DNA of 64,000 nt from Candidatus Saccharimonadota bacterium (GTDB taxonomy: Bacteria; Patescibacteriota; Saccharimonadia; Saccharimonadales; SZUA-47). Shown here piece after piece: positions 1 to 10,525 of this stretch (position 1 is the stretch's first letter; each line of letters opens with the position of its first letter). Below the pieces are notes generated by a model. That model had not been told where the DNA came from, did not search any database, and saw only the letters and a list, made by a program, of their open reading frames with translations. The stretch spans positions 917,298 through 981,297 of the forward strand of contig CP065013.1 in the NCBI GenBank assembly GCA_016700315.1. Reading direction: 5' to 3'. A program made the position numbers and the translations under genes.

Positions 1-102
1 GATTGACCCCGCGCCAGGCGCTTCAGCCATATTGTTCAAGCTCTGTTCGACACCAGGATCATCGGTATCTTTAATAAGTTTCCCAAAATAATAAATACGC
101 AT
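1..102 (-). CDS. hypothetical protein, N-terminal fragment (gene runs off window start)
   Basis: Reverse-strand ATG at 100-102 with GGAG about 9 nt upstream. Reads MRIYYFGKLIKDTDDPGVEQ... and stays open to the window edge. No family recognised. Confidence 0.4.
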   Translation of the reverse strand, partial: MRIYYFGKLIKDTDDPGVEQSLNNMAEAPGAGSI

Positions 103-508
103 TTTTAAACTCCATTCAGATAATTTAGTAATTAGTCATAGGGAAGATTACAGAAATTCGACAGACATCTGTTTGCCTGCTCAATTTTTGCGTGGTTTAA
201 CGCTCATACCACCAACGGAGAGAGCTCTAAATCCTAAAAAGCTATAAAACCAGAAAACGTTCCTTTAGAATTTATGATTTAGATTTTACTACTTTCGGCT
301 TCAGCCGAGACGAGTAGGCGATTTTATTCGGCTACGATGCGTATTGATAGAGTTTGTTAGGAGGAATCTCGCCGAGAGCGGCCGCTGAAGCCCTAACACA
401 ACTTGCCCTAATTGTAGCACAAATGCCCAAAGCGCTATTGCTTTTTGGCGGGCAAAGAGTATATTCAAATTAGCACCAGATAAACGGTGTCTAAGGGAGG
501 AAACTATA

Positions 509-718
509 ATGGAAAACCTAAGCGCACACAAAGTAGCGATGGCCCTGATGGTGATCGGCGGACTCAACTGGCTGTTGGTTGGGCTTTCTGAAAAAGACCT
601 ACTAGTCGGTTACCTGAAACTAGACTTCGACCTTGCCAGGGTAGTCTACGTGCTTGTGGGCCTAGCAACACTCTACGTTCTTTGGGCTAAAATGGGCGGA
701 AAAAAGTCAGCTGAATAA
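509..718 (+). CDS. DUF378-family small membrane protein
   Basis: 69 aa with two hydrophobic helices. HKVAMALMVIGGLNWLLVG resembles the DUF378 signature. GGGAGG SD lies upstream of the ATG. Confidence 0.7.
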   Translation: MENLSAHKVAMALMVIGGLNWLLVGLSEKDLLVGYLKLDFDLARVVYVLVGLATLYVLWAKMGGKKSAE

Positions 719-752
719 GTTAGTATAGTAAATTCCACAACGTAGAAGGTAG

Positions 753-785
753 TGCCTCCGTTATTCGCGGAGGCATTTACATTTT
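753..785 (+). terminator. rho-independent terminator candidate after the DUF378 gene
   Basis: TGCCTCCG (753-760) pairs with CGGAGGCA (768-775) and is followed by a T-rich tract, TTTACATTTT. Confidence 0.55.
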
Positions 786-956
786 ATAGCACAACAATTT
801 TGACAAATTGAAGGCGCTTAAGCTACTCTACTAATTCGTCTCTTCAAAAATGAGGTGGAGAGCGAAAATCAGTTTATGCGAATGGGCGTTTAAAGGTGCG
901 CTTACAATGATCGCTTACTGGTTAAAATAGTAAATAAAGGTGGTGCAAAAACATAA

Positions 957-2486
<1,530 letters not shown>

Positions 2487-2612
2487 TTAGGTAAGTTTAG
2501 CACGATAACTAGACCACGCCCTCATGTGCAACTACAAAGAATTTCATTGATTTTACAGAATTGATTATGCTTAACTAGAAGCAAAAGGCAGAGTAGATTG
2601 GGTGAGTTTTAG

Positions 2613-3533
2613 ATGAAACAAATCAAGAGACATAAAAAACAGAAGATGTCGATATTTTTGGTATTTTTAGGCTTTTTAGGGCTAATACTACTGATGGCCT
2701 ACTTCCTGGCTGGTCAAGATGTGGCGCTATTACAGCCTAAAGGTTTTATATCCCACGAACAATTCAAATTGTCGATGACGGTCTTAGCAATTGTTTTAGC
2801 AATTGGGATTCCCTCTGTGGGATTGCTATATTTAATTGTCTGGCGATACCGTGATACCAACACCAAGGCCACTCGCGAAACAGAATCAGAACGCAGTGCG
2901 CTATTCCTGTTTGTGCTTTGGATGATACCAATTAGCGTCGGGGTACTTATTTCACTGATAGTTTGGGAGTCTACCCACCGCCTAGCACCACAAAAACCAA
3001 TTAGTGAGATCGAAAAACCTCTGGTGGTTAAGGTTGTTGCGATGCGTTGGAAATGGTTATTCCTTTACCCAGAGCAGCAAATCGCTTCGCTGAACTACGT
3101 TCAAATTCCCGAAAACACACCCGTTAGGTTTGAGGTAACGGCCGACGATGCGCCTATGACCTCTTTTTGGATACCGCATTTGAGCGGGCAAATATACTCA
3201 ATGACAGGACATGTTAATAGAATCAACGTAATGGGTACCGAAGTAGGTGACTATACTGGTAGCACCCCTGAGATTAATGGTGAAGGATTCGCTGGAATGA
3301 GATTTAAAACCCGTGTTAGCTCGGCGCAAGACTTTGAGGCATGGGTAATTAGTACAAAAGCTAATAACAACACCCTTTCTTTAAGTAAATATGATGAACT
3401 ACTACTGCCAACCGAAAAAACGGACAGTGTTTTTTACGCAAGCTATGATCAAAATCTCTATGATAAAATGCTTATGAAATACATGTCGATGCACGGCGAC
3501 GACAGCGAAACTAATCACGAAGGGCACCATTGA
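2613..3533 (+). CDS. cyoA: cytochrome o (bo3-type) quinol oxidase subunit II
   Basis: Two N-terminal TM helices plus a cupredoxin-fold periplasmic domain (VVAMRWKWLFLYPEQ..., VRFEVTADDAPMTSFWIPHLSGQIY). First gene of a four-gene oxidase operon. Its stop overlaps the next start. Confidence 0.85.
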   Translation: MKQIKRHKKQKMSIFLVFLGFLGLILLMAYFLAGQDVALLQPKGFISHEQFKLSMTVLAIVLAIGIPSVGLLYLIVWRYRDTNTKATRETESERSALFLFVLWMIPISVGVLISLIVWESTHRLAPQKPISEIEKPLVVKVVAMRWKWLFLYPEQQIASLNYVQIPENTPVRFEVTADDAPMTSFWIPHLSGQIYSMTGHVNRINVMGTEVGDYTGSTPEINGEGFAGMRFKTRVSSAQDFEAWVISTKANNNTLSLSKYDELLLPTEKTDSVFYASYDQNLYDKMLMKYMSMHGDDSETNHEGHH

Positions 3534-5617
3534 GAGAATTTTTAATCGGTAAGCTAGACGGCAATTCATTGCCTCACGAGTGGTTCACAATTGGTGGAAC
3601 GGCTGCCTTCGTTTTAATGATGCTATTGATTGCTGGCTATCTCACTTACAAAAAACGCTGGAAATGGCTATGGAAAGAATGGTTAACATCTGTTGATCCC
3701 AAAAAAATTGGCATAATGTATTTCATAGTCGGCGGATTTATGCTTTTGCGCGGAATCCTTGACGCACTAATGATTTGGCTGCAGCAATCTCTAGCAGCTG
3801 GTGCCTCTCATGGCTACCTATCTTCTGAACACTTTCAGGAAATATTTACGGCTCATGGCAATATCATGGTCTTTTTTGTGGCCATGGCTTTTATTTTTGG
3901 GCTGATAAACTACATAGTACCCCTCCAGATTGGCGCGCGAGATCTGGCTTCTCCATTCATGAATACATTAGGCTTTTGGCTGTTTGTCGGCGGCGTGGTG
4001 ATGGTGAATATGTTTTTCCTTTTTGGCGGACAATACGCTGCAACCGGCTGGCTGGCTGTAGCACCACTTTCCGGAAAGGAGTTTAGCCCTGGGGTCGGGG
4101 TCGATTATTGGATATGGAGTTTACAGATTTCAGGTATTGGTACGACTCTCGGCGCGATTAACTTCATAATGACAATATTAAAAATGCGTGTAAAAGGAAT
4201 GACGCTGTGGAAGATGCCGGCTTTCACCTGGGGATCTCTATGCAGCATGTTAATGGCAGCAACTATTTTTCCAATTCTTACCATGACGCTTTTTTTAGTC
4301 TTTTTTGATCGCTACTTAGGCACTCACTTTTTTACGACAACTGCCGGTGGTAACGCCATGCTATATTCAAACCTGATTTGGATGTGGGGACATCCGGAAG
4401 TCTATGTATTAATTTTGCCAGCATATGCTATTTTCTCTGAGATAGTTGCAGTATTTAGTCGCAAACCGGTGGCTAATTATAAATCAAACGTTTTTGGTCT
4501 TATTGGCGTCGCGTCGCTATCACTCGTAGTTTGGTTACATCACTTCTTCACTATGGGTTCGAGTGCCGATGTTAATGCCTTCTTCGGTATAATGACGGTT
4601 TTCGTCGCCATACCAACAACTGTTCTGGTTTTTAACTGGATAGCTACAATGTACAAGGGACGGATTAGGCTAGACACACCCATGCTCTGGTTTCTGGGTT
4701 TTGCCGGCGTCTTTGCTATCGGCGGCATAACTGGAGTCTTATTGGCTGTTCCTTCAATTGATTTCCAGCTACACAATAGCCTATTTTTGGTGGCTCATTT
4801 TCACTCGACGGTTATCGGCGGAGTAGTGTTCGGGGTATTCGCCGGTATATCATATTGGTTCCCAAAATTTACAGGATTCAGACTAAATGAGCGTTTAGGA
4901 AGATATGCCTTTTGGCTATGGATTGTTGGTTACTTTATGTCCTTTGTACCGATGTTTATTTTAGGTCTGATGGGCGCTTCAAGAAGATTAGACCATTATG
5001 ATGCTTCGACCGGCTGGCAACCATTTTTCATTGTTTCGTTGATCGGTGGCATAGTTATCACTGCTGGGGTTACCATGCAAGTAGTGCAAATTATAGCTAG
5101 TTTTATAGAGAAGAAGCGTTTGATGGATACTACAGGAGACCCTTGGGACGCCCGCACGCTAGAGTGGTCAGTAGCATCACCAGCTCCAGCCTACAACTTC
5201 GCCGCGCTTCCTGACGTAAGTGAACGCGACGGTTTCTGGGCAATGAAACAAACTGGGCTACAAAAGCCGACATACGAAGATATTCATATGCCCAAAAATA
5301 CCGCAAGCGGCATATACCTATCTATCTACGCATTCTTAACTGGTTTTGGTTTTGTGTGGGATATTAAGTGGCTGATTATCGTCGGTATTGTTGGAATGAT
5401 ATACACGTTTATCACTCGGACCTTTGATGAAGACTCGGAATACAAGATTGCAGCAAGCGATGTAGAAAAATCGGAGCAAGAACATTTTGTCAAGATGCAA
5501 GAAGTAGAGAAAAGCCGAGATCAGAGCAAGATCGGCCCTGAGTATGATATGGGCTTAAGTGACTTCATTAAGATCGTTTGGAAATGGTTGCTTGGCTTAG
5601 CGAGGCACAAAAAATGA
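3530..5617 (+). CDS. cyoB: cytochrome o quinol oxidase subunit I (heme-copper oxidase)
   Basis: 695 aa. Heme-copper oxidase motifs are present: WMWGHPEVYVLILPAYAIFSE, WLHHFFTMG, VAHFHSTVIGG. TTG start overlaps the cyoA stop. Confidence 0.95.
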   Translation: MREFLIGKLDGNSLPHEWFTIGGTAAFVLMMLLIAGYLTYKKRWKWLWKEWLTSVDPKKIGIMYFIVGGFMLLRGILDALMIWLQQSLAAGASHGYLSSEHFQEIFTAHGNIMVFFVAMAFIFGLINYIVPLQIGARDLASPFMNTLGFWLFVGGVVMVNMFFLFGGQYAATGWLAVAPLSGKEFSPGVGVDYWIWSLQISGIGTTLGAINFIMTILKMRVKGMTLWKMPAFTWGSLCSMLMAATIFPILTMTLFLVFFDRYLGTHFFTTTAGGNAMLYSNLIWMWGHPEVYVLILPAYAIFSEIVAVFSRKPVANYKSNVFGLIGVASLSLVVWLHHFFTMGSSADVNAFFGIMTVFVAIPTTVLVFNWIATMYKGRIRLDTPMLWFLGFAGVFAIGGITGVLLAVPSIDFQLHNSLFLVAHFHSTVIGGVVFGVFAGISYWFPKFTGFRLNERLGRYAFWLWIVGYFMSFVPMFILGLMGASRRLDHYDASTGWQPFFIVSLIGGIVITAGVTMQVVQIIASFIEKKRLMDTTGDPWDARTLEWSVASPAPAYNFAALPDVSERDGFWAMKQTGLQKPTYEDIHMPKNTASGIYLSIYAFLTGFGFVWDIKWLIIVGIVGMIYTFITRTFDEDSEYKIAASDVEKSEQEHFVKMQEVEKSRDQSKIGPEYDMGLSDFIKIVWKWLLGLARHKK

Positions 5618-6201
5618 ATCATGTAGAGTCGCACGAAGAAGCTTCAACCGACCGAGTGATGTTTGGCTTTTGGATCTATCTTATGACCGACCTCCTTATG
5701 TTCGCTGCGCTGTTTGCTGTTTTTGCTGTACTGCGTAACAATACGGCGGGCGAGCCCTCAGGGAAAGATATTTTTAGCCTACCGTTCGTTTTAATTGAGA
5801 CGTTGATACTTCTTACCAGCAGTTTTACCTGTGGCCTTGGCATGATTGCTGCACGAAACAAGGATAAAGCTAAAGTAATGCTTTGGTTCGGTGTAACCAT
5901 GCTACTTGGTTTAATATTCTTAACACTTGAAATTAAAGAATTTAGTACCATTCTTCACGAAGGGCATAGTTGGCGCGACAGTGCCTTTTTGTCTTCATTT
6001 TTTGTGCTTGTTGGCACTCATGGACTGCATATTACATCTGGCATACTGTGGTTGGCAGTTACTTTACGCTACATTGCACGCCAGGGCCTGAATCATCATA
6101 AGATTCGAAAGCTGGCACTCATTAGTTTATTTTGGCACTTTTTGGACATCGTTTGGATTTTTATCTTCACGGTAGTTTATTTAATGTCATTCATAAATTG
6201 A
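5614..6201 (+). CDS. cyoC: cytochrome o quinol oxidase subunit III
   Basis: COX3-like five-TM protein (FFVLVGTHGLHITSGILW, FWHFLDIVWIFIFTVVY). Start chosen at the ATG forming an ATGA overlap with the cyoB stop; the ORF-track start is 5578. Confidence 0.88.
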   Translation: MNHVESHEEASTDRVMFGFWIYLMTDLLMFAALFAVFAVLRNNTAGEPSGKDIFSLPFVLIETLILLTSSFTCGLGMIAARNKDKAKVMLWFGVTMLLGLIFLTLEIKEFSTILHEGHSWRDSAFLSSFFVLVGTHGLHITSGILWLAVTLRYIARQGLNHHKIRKLALISLFWHFLDIVWIFIFTVVYLMSFIN

Positions 6202-6210
6202 GGCTGAGGT

Positions 6211-6885
6211 ATGAGAAGTCACGAACACAAATCTTCGCACGGTAGCATAAAATCATATGTAGTTGGCTATCTTCTTTCGCTAGCATTTACATTGGTTCCT
6301 TACTATATGGTTAGGTCCGGCGGTATGACCGGCCAAAAATTATTGATTACTGTTTTGGCTTTTGCCTTCATACAAATGTTTATCCAGATATTTTTCTTTC
6401 TTCACCTTGGTCGCGGGCCAAAGCCTTTTTATAATGTTATATTTTTCACTGCTACATTCGGTATGATTTTGGTCGTGGTCTTTGGTTCGATATTCATCAT
6501 GGACAATCTTTATCGCAACATGAGTCCTGCTGAGGTGACCACAAAAATTGGCGAAAAAGAAGGTATCGCCGAAATTGCTGGCAAGAAAACAGGTGGATGC
6601 CAAGGTTTAGGCGTTAACCACAAAGCTGTAATAAAAGACGAGCTAGTCACTCCAGATCATATTCATGCGGTTTTATGCGACACGCTGACGATTACCAATC
6701 TTGACAGCATCAACCGCGAAATAACTTTCGGCGAGCACGAAAACCACGAAGCCTATGGTGGTGTATACGAGATATCACTAGCGGCTGGTAGGTCTAAAAC
6801 CATAACCCTCAACACTGCGGGGCAGTATAAGTTTCACGATCACGTAGACCCAACTGTTGGTGCGTTCTTTACTGTAGAGAAGTAA
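6211..6885 (+). CDS. cyoD: cytochrome o quinol oxidase subunit IV fused to a C-terminal soluble cupredoxin-like domain
   Basis: The N-terminal ~110 aa is a three-TM CyoD-like segment (HGSIKSYVVGYLLSLAFTLVPYY). The C-terminal ~105 aa is beta-rich with a cupredoxin-like pattern (LTITNLDSINREITFGEH...GQYKFHDHVDPTVGAFFTV). Confidence 0.75.
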   Translation: MRSHEHKSSHGSIKSYVVGYLLSLAFTLVPYYMVRSGGMTGQKLLITVLAFAFIQMFIQIFFFLHLGRGPKPFYNVIFFTATFGMILVVVFGSIFIMDNLYRNMSPAEVTTKIGEKEGIAEIAGKKTGGCQGLGVNHKAVIKDELVTPDHIHAVLCDTLTITNLDSINREITFGEHENHEAYGGVYEISLAAGRSKTITLNTAGQYKFHDHVDPTVGAFFTVEK

Positions 6886-6886
6886 C

Positions 6887-7633
6887 CTAGTCCGGCTTTC
6901 GCAGCCATTTTACCCTACTCAGAAATGGCTCAAACAAATCTTCTTCTAGCGGTATGGCGATATTTTTTAGTTCTTCGTCGGTCGGTTCTCGGTCAGCAAA
7001 CTCTACATTATCTAACTCCGAAATGACAGCTAGTGGTGTCGATTCGCTGCCTTCGCCCATCACAAACACGCCTATGCCGGCTAGCCCGCCAACAATGTCA
7101 GCCTGCGAGACCTTAAAATCACGCCCAAAAAGATCTGGTGTGCCAACATAGTTATGGAGTGGATTAAAGCCGCTAAAACCTAACGCTATACCGCTTACGC
7201 CTCGTCTCATAGTTCTACAAGTACTATCCGTAATAACAACCCCGCAGTATTTAATTCCAAAGCGATGTTTGATATAAGCTCTCACCTCTGCAGCCGTACG
7301 TTGCGAGTCTTTTGGCCAAAGTATGTAGAAACCACCAGCGTTAGACTCGTCTATACCGGCATTAGGTATTAAGGTGTTATTTTTAATTGTAAAGTTTATA
7401 CCATACTTACTATGGGCCTCTAGCTGAGTAAAATCGGCATGCTCGGCCACAAAGGCCTGTTTATCTACTATAGTATTTTTTGCCACCACCGACCCTTCAC
7501 AAATCGCAACTATTTTTGATGTAATAGCCAGCACATTACCCTCTTTAAACTCAGTCAAATATTTATCTAGGAGTTCGGTTAAAGAGATTGATCCAGTACT
7601 TACTCGCTCGGTTTTTATTGCTACCGCTTTCAT
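6887..7633 (-). CDS. CofE-like gamma-glutamyl ligase family protein (F420-0:gamma-glutamyl ligase fold)
   Basis: 248 aa. NAGIDESN motif plus VVITDS and GIALGFSG segments are typical of the CofE/FbiB N-terminal-domain family. Confidence 0.7.
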   Translation of the reverse strand: MKAVAIKTERVSTGSISLTELLDKYLTEFKEGNVLAITSKIVAICEGSVVAKNTIVDKQAFVAEHADFTQLEAHSKYGINFTIKNNTLIPNAGIDESNAGGFYILWPKDSQRTAAEVRAYIKHRFGIKYCGVVITDSTCRTMRRGVSGIALGFSGFNPLHNYVGTPDLFGRDFKVSQADIVGGLAGIGVFVMGEGSESTPLAVISELDNVEFADREPTDEELKNIAIPLEEDLFEPFLSRVKWLRKPD

Positions 7634-7701
7634 TGATTTAATTATACCTTGAATTTTAGATTTTTTAAGCGTAATCTACGCATATAAAGAGGGAGCAATA
7701 A

Positions 7702-8496
7702 GTGAAAAATGTCTTTAAACTCAGTTTCGCCAGTTTAGCTACGATTCTAATATCAAGTAGTGCTGTTTACGCTTCGGCATATCCGAAATTCGAAAACTAT
7801 ATTAATACGAGGCTGTCTTTTTGGCAAAAAATGTCCGAAATCCCAGAAGGCGACACTGCAAAATTTGATGATTTTTTGGGCAAAGATTACCCAGCTTTTT
7901 CAGGCACTATGGACGCTGCTATAGACGAACTTAGAGCTAGCTCGGTCATTTCAAACAAATTGATTGCTAACGCAATAGAAAAAGTTAAGATCAAGTTTAA
8001 TTCGTTTAAGCTCGCATACGAAACAGGTAATGTCCAGAGTCTTGGGGTGGCCTCAGATGAGCTACAAGCGGCAGTAGAGAATGAAGATAGAATCTTTGAG
8101 CAGGAATACAATAAGGCAAAATCGACTGATAGCAGGCTAATGTACATTTACGGTGGTTTAGCAGGATTTTTCTGTCTGCTTTCGGCTTACCTTTTCGCCT
8201 GGTCACGTAAACCAACACGCACAAGGACAGAAAATCCTATGCACCAAGACGCAGCTAACAAGCTGGCTCAGCAATCAAAAAATGAACTTTTTAAGTCGTC
8301 TCTGATTGCCTCCGGTGCAGCAGTCGTTACTTTAGTGTGGTACTTGAGCGTCAGAAACAATGGCGGTAGCTATATGATTTTCTGGGGACCAATGCTGTTT
8401 GGTGGCTTAGCTTTATTCTCAGGAATAATAAATTACAACAAATCTCGTCGTAATGGTACTTTAGAAAAAGCCGCTAGAAGTTCTATTCAAGGATAA
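7702..8496 (+). CDS. hypothetical secreted/membrane protein
   Basis: GTG start after GAGGGAG. Signal peptide (ATILISSSAVYASA) and three C-terminal TM segments. No family recognised. Confidence 0.55.
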   Translation: MKNVFKLSFASLATILISSSAVYASAYPKFENYINTRLSFWQKMSEIPEGDTAKFDDFLGKDYPAFSGTMDAAIDELRASSVISNKLIANAIEKVKIKFNSFKLAYETGNVQSLGVASDELQAAVENEDRIFEQEYNKAKSTDSRLMYIYGGLAGFFCLLSAYLFAWSRKPTRTRTENPMHQDAANKLAQQSKNELFKSSLIASGAAVVTLVWYLSVRNNGGSYMIFWGPMLFGGLALFSGIINYNKSRRNGTLEKAARSSIQG

Positions 8497-8497
8497 A

Positions 8498-8817
8498 TGG
8501 CAGGGGCAGTAGGAGTCGAACCCGAATAGTGCCAGTGGCACTATGAGTTCACGGGTAGATTGCTTATATGTTTAAAAGTCGTGTTTCGAATTGGTACATA
8601 CTTATCTGATTGTATGGCGCTATGGTTCGACTCTGTGATAAATCGTTCGATTGTTCGTGGCAGGGGCAGTAGGAGTCGAACCCGAATAGTGCCAGTGGCA
8701 CTATGAGTTCACGGGTAGATTGCTTATATGTTTAAAAGTCGTGTTTCGAATTGGTACATACTTATCTGATTGTATGGCGCTATGGTTCGACTCTGTGATA
8801 AATCGTTCGATTGTTCG
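8498..8817. repeat. two identical 160-bp tandem units, each starting (plus strand) with the 25-nt 3' end of tRNA-Trp
   Basis: Units 8498-8657 and 8658-8817 read identically. Each begins TGGCAGGGGCAGTAGGAGTCGAACC, the same 25 nt that begin the complement of the intact tRNA at 8818. Confidence 0.9.
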
Positions 8818-8892
8818 TGGCAGGGGCAGTAGGAGTCGAACCTACCTCTAAGGTTTTGGAGACCTTTATACTAGCCGATGTACTATGCCCCT
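8818..8892 (-). tRNA. trnW: tRNA-Trp (anticodon CCA), CCA-encoded
   Basis: The reverse complement folds as a cloverleaf. Acceptor AGGGGCA/TGCCCCT, D arm GTAC/GTAT, anticodon stem AAGGT/ACCTT with loop CTCCAAA, T arm GTAGG-TTCGACT-CCTAC, discriminator G, then CCA. Confidence 0.9.
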
Positions 8893-8966
8893 ATGGCAAT
8901 AGCAGTATTATAGATTATATCGGCTACTAGCGGAAGTCTAGTAAAATCTGTTACTATAGAAATCAA

Positions 8967-9620
8967 ATGCAGAAGTTAACGACCACCAAACCTCTGTTTA
9001 TCTTGCTTTATGGCTCGCCAGGATCCGGCAAGACAAATTTTGCACGTCAGTTATGTGAAGTTTTGCCTTGCGCACACCTACAGAGCGATCGGATTCGCGC
9101 TGAACTTTTTGAAAAGCCTAGCTTTAGTACTGATGAAAATGAGGTTGTAGATAATCTAAATGAATTCATGGCTGAGCAATTTTTACAGGCTGGCGTATCT
9201 GTAATCTTAGATGAAAATGCCGACAGAGCAGCAAAACGCATGTCGTTGCGAAACATGGCCAGAAGTAAAAAGGCTGAACCTGTACTGGTTTGGCTGCAGA
9301 CAGATTTTGAAAGTGCCTATGCTCGTTTGCAACGCCGAGATCGACGTAAAGCCGACGACAAATATGCAGCCGCCTATAGCACTGAAATGTTTAAACAAGC
9401 TATCAGCCGTATGCAAAATCCAAAAAACGAAGATTATGTAGTTATTTCTGGCAAACACACTTTTAATACTCAACGCAACACGATCGTCAGGCATTTGATT
9501 GAGAAGGGCTTGGTCGAACGGACTCAAGAGACCCCGATAACTAAGCCTGGACTAGTAAACCTAGTTCCTCAGTCTCAAGGCCGCGTTAACATGGCTCGTC
9601 GTAACGTATTAATCCGCTAA
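8967..9620 (+). CDS. P-loop kinase-like ATP-binding protein (AAA_33/zeta-toxin-like fold)
   Basis: Walker A motif LLYGSPGSGKTNFARQL near the N-terminus. 217 aa, cytoplasmic. Confidence 0.65.
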   Translation: MQKLTTTKPLFILLYGSPGSGKTNFARQLCEVLPCAHLQSDRIRAELFEKPSFSTDENEVVDNLNEFMAEQFLQAGVSVILDENADRAAKRMSLRNMARSKKAEPVLVWLQTDFESAYARLQRRDRRKADDKYAAAYSTEMFKQAISRMQNPKNEDYVVISGKHTFNTQRNTIVRHLIEKGLVERTQETPITKPGLVNLVPQSQGRVNMARRNVLIR

Positions 9621-9697
9621 TTTTCTAACCAGTAGCTTTTATTGGAAGCTATTTTGCAGAGGCGTCATAACGTAAATTAGTTGTTAAAATATAGAAA

Positions 9698-10417
9698 ATG
9701 CAGAAATTAATTGAGGTTGAGGGAATTGGCGAAGTAATACTAGCTAAGCGCAAGGGCACTAGAAATATTCGTATTAGTATCAGTGGCGACAAAGTCCGTC
9801 TTGGTATGCCTTTTGGCGTTAGCGAAGCAGCTGCGCTTCAGTTTTTAAATAGCCGCCGCCATTGGATTCTAAAACACAAAAAAGATGAGGCAAGGGTATT
9901 AAAAAGTGGCGACCAAATTGGCAAAAGCCACAAATTATTCTTTGAGCCATTTGAAGTTACCAAACCAACAGCAAGACTACACGGGCAAACTATAGTCGTA
10001 AAGTTCCCAAGAAACCTAAAATCTTATATGAATGAAGTCCAAGAAGCTGCCACCCGCGGATCAAAAAAAGCCTTACAAAAAGAAGCCGAAAAATACCTTC
10101 TACCACGACTAAAAGCATGGTCCGACAAAACCGAGCTAGACTACAAAATCGGCGATGTGAAATTCATGAAAAGTCGCTGGGGACACTGTAGTAACAGGGG
10201 AGAAATCACACTAAACTCATACCTAGTCCAATACGACTGGAAACTAATAGATTACGTGATTGTGCATGAACTAGCACACACCGCGCACCACGATCATTCT
10301 GATAAATTTTGGTCTCTTGTCGCCAAACACTGTCCACCACACAAAACTTTGCGAAAAGAACTAAAAAACAAACAAACTGCAGTCGTTGCAAATGCAACAG
10401 AAAGCCCTAAACTCTAA
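9698..10417 (+). CDS. YgjP-like (DUF45) M48-family zinc metallopeptidase
   Basis: WGHCSNRGEITLNSYLVQYDWKLIDYVIVHELAHTAHHDHSDKFW matches the YgjP/SprT-like HExxH signature. Confidence 0.85.
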   Translation: MQKLIEVEGIGEVILAKRKGTRNIRISISGDKVRLGMPFGVSEAAALQFLNSRRHWILKHKKDEARVLKSGDQIGKSHKLFFEPFEVTKPTARLHGQTIVVKFPRNLKSYMNEVQEAATRGSKKALQKEAEKYLLPRLKAWSDKTELDYKIGDVKFMKSRWGHCSNRGEITLNSYLVQYDWKLIDYVIVHELAHTAHHDHSDKFWSLVAKHCPPHKTLRKELKNKQTAVVANATESPKL

Positions 10418-10525
10418 AACATGAGCTCTAAAACTTTAAAATTTTTTAGCTTTCATTTTTAGTATTTCTTTGGACTTAGTTCTTAGAATTTAGAATTTTT
10501 TCCCGCTTGTGTTTAAATATATGTA

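Noticed and set aside
301-567. 88-aa reverse-strand ORF overlapping the DUF378 start and its leader
   Set aside because: It overlaps the SD and start of a better-supported gene and spans the structured leader. It has no SD and no recognisable family, so it is treated as spurious.
8498-8817. The 160-bp tandem units, the 60-bp repeats (17815-18470) and the heptamer arrays considered as CRISPR arrays
   Set aside because: None has the repeat-unique-spacer-repeat organisation. The units are directly abutting tandem copies. One set is protein-coding, and no cas genes occur in the window.
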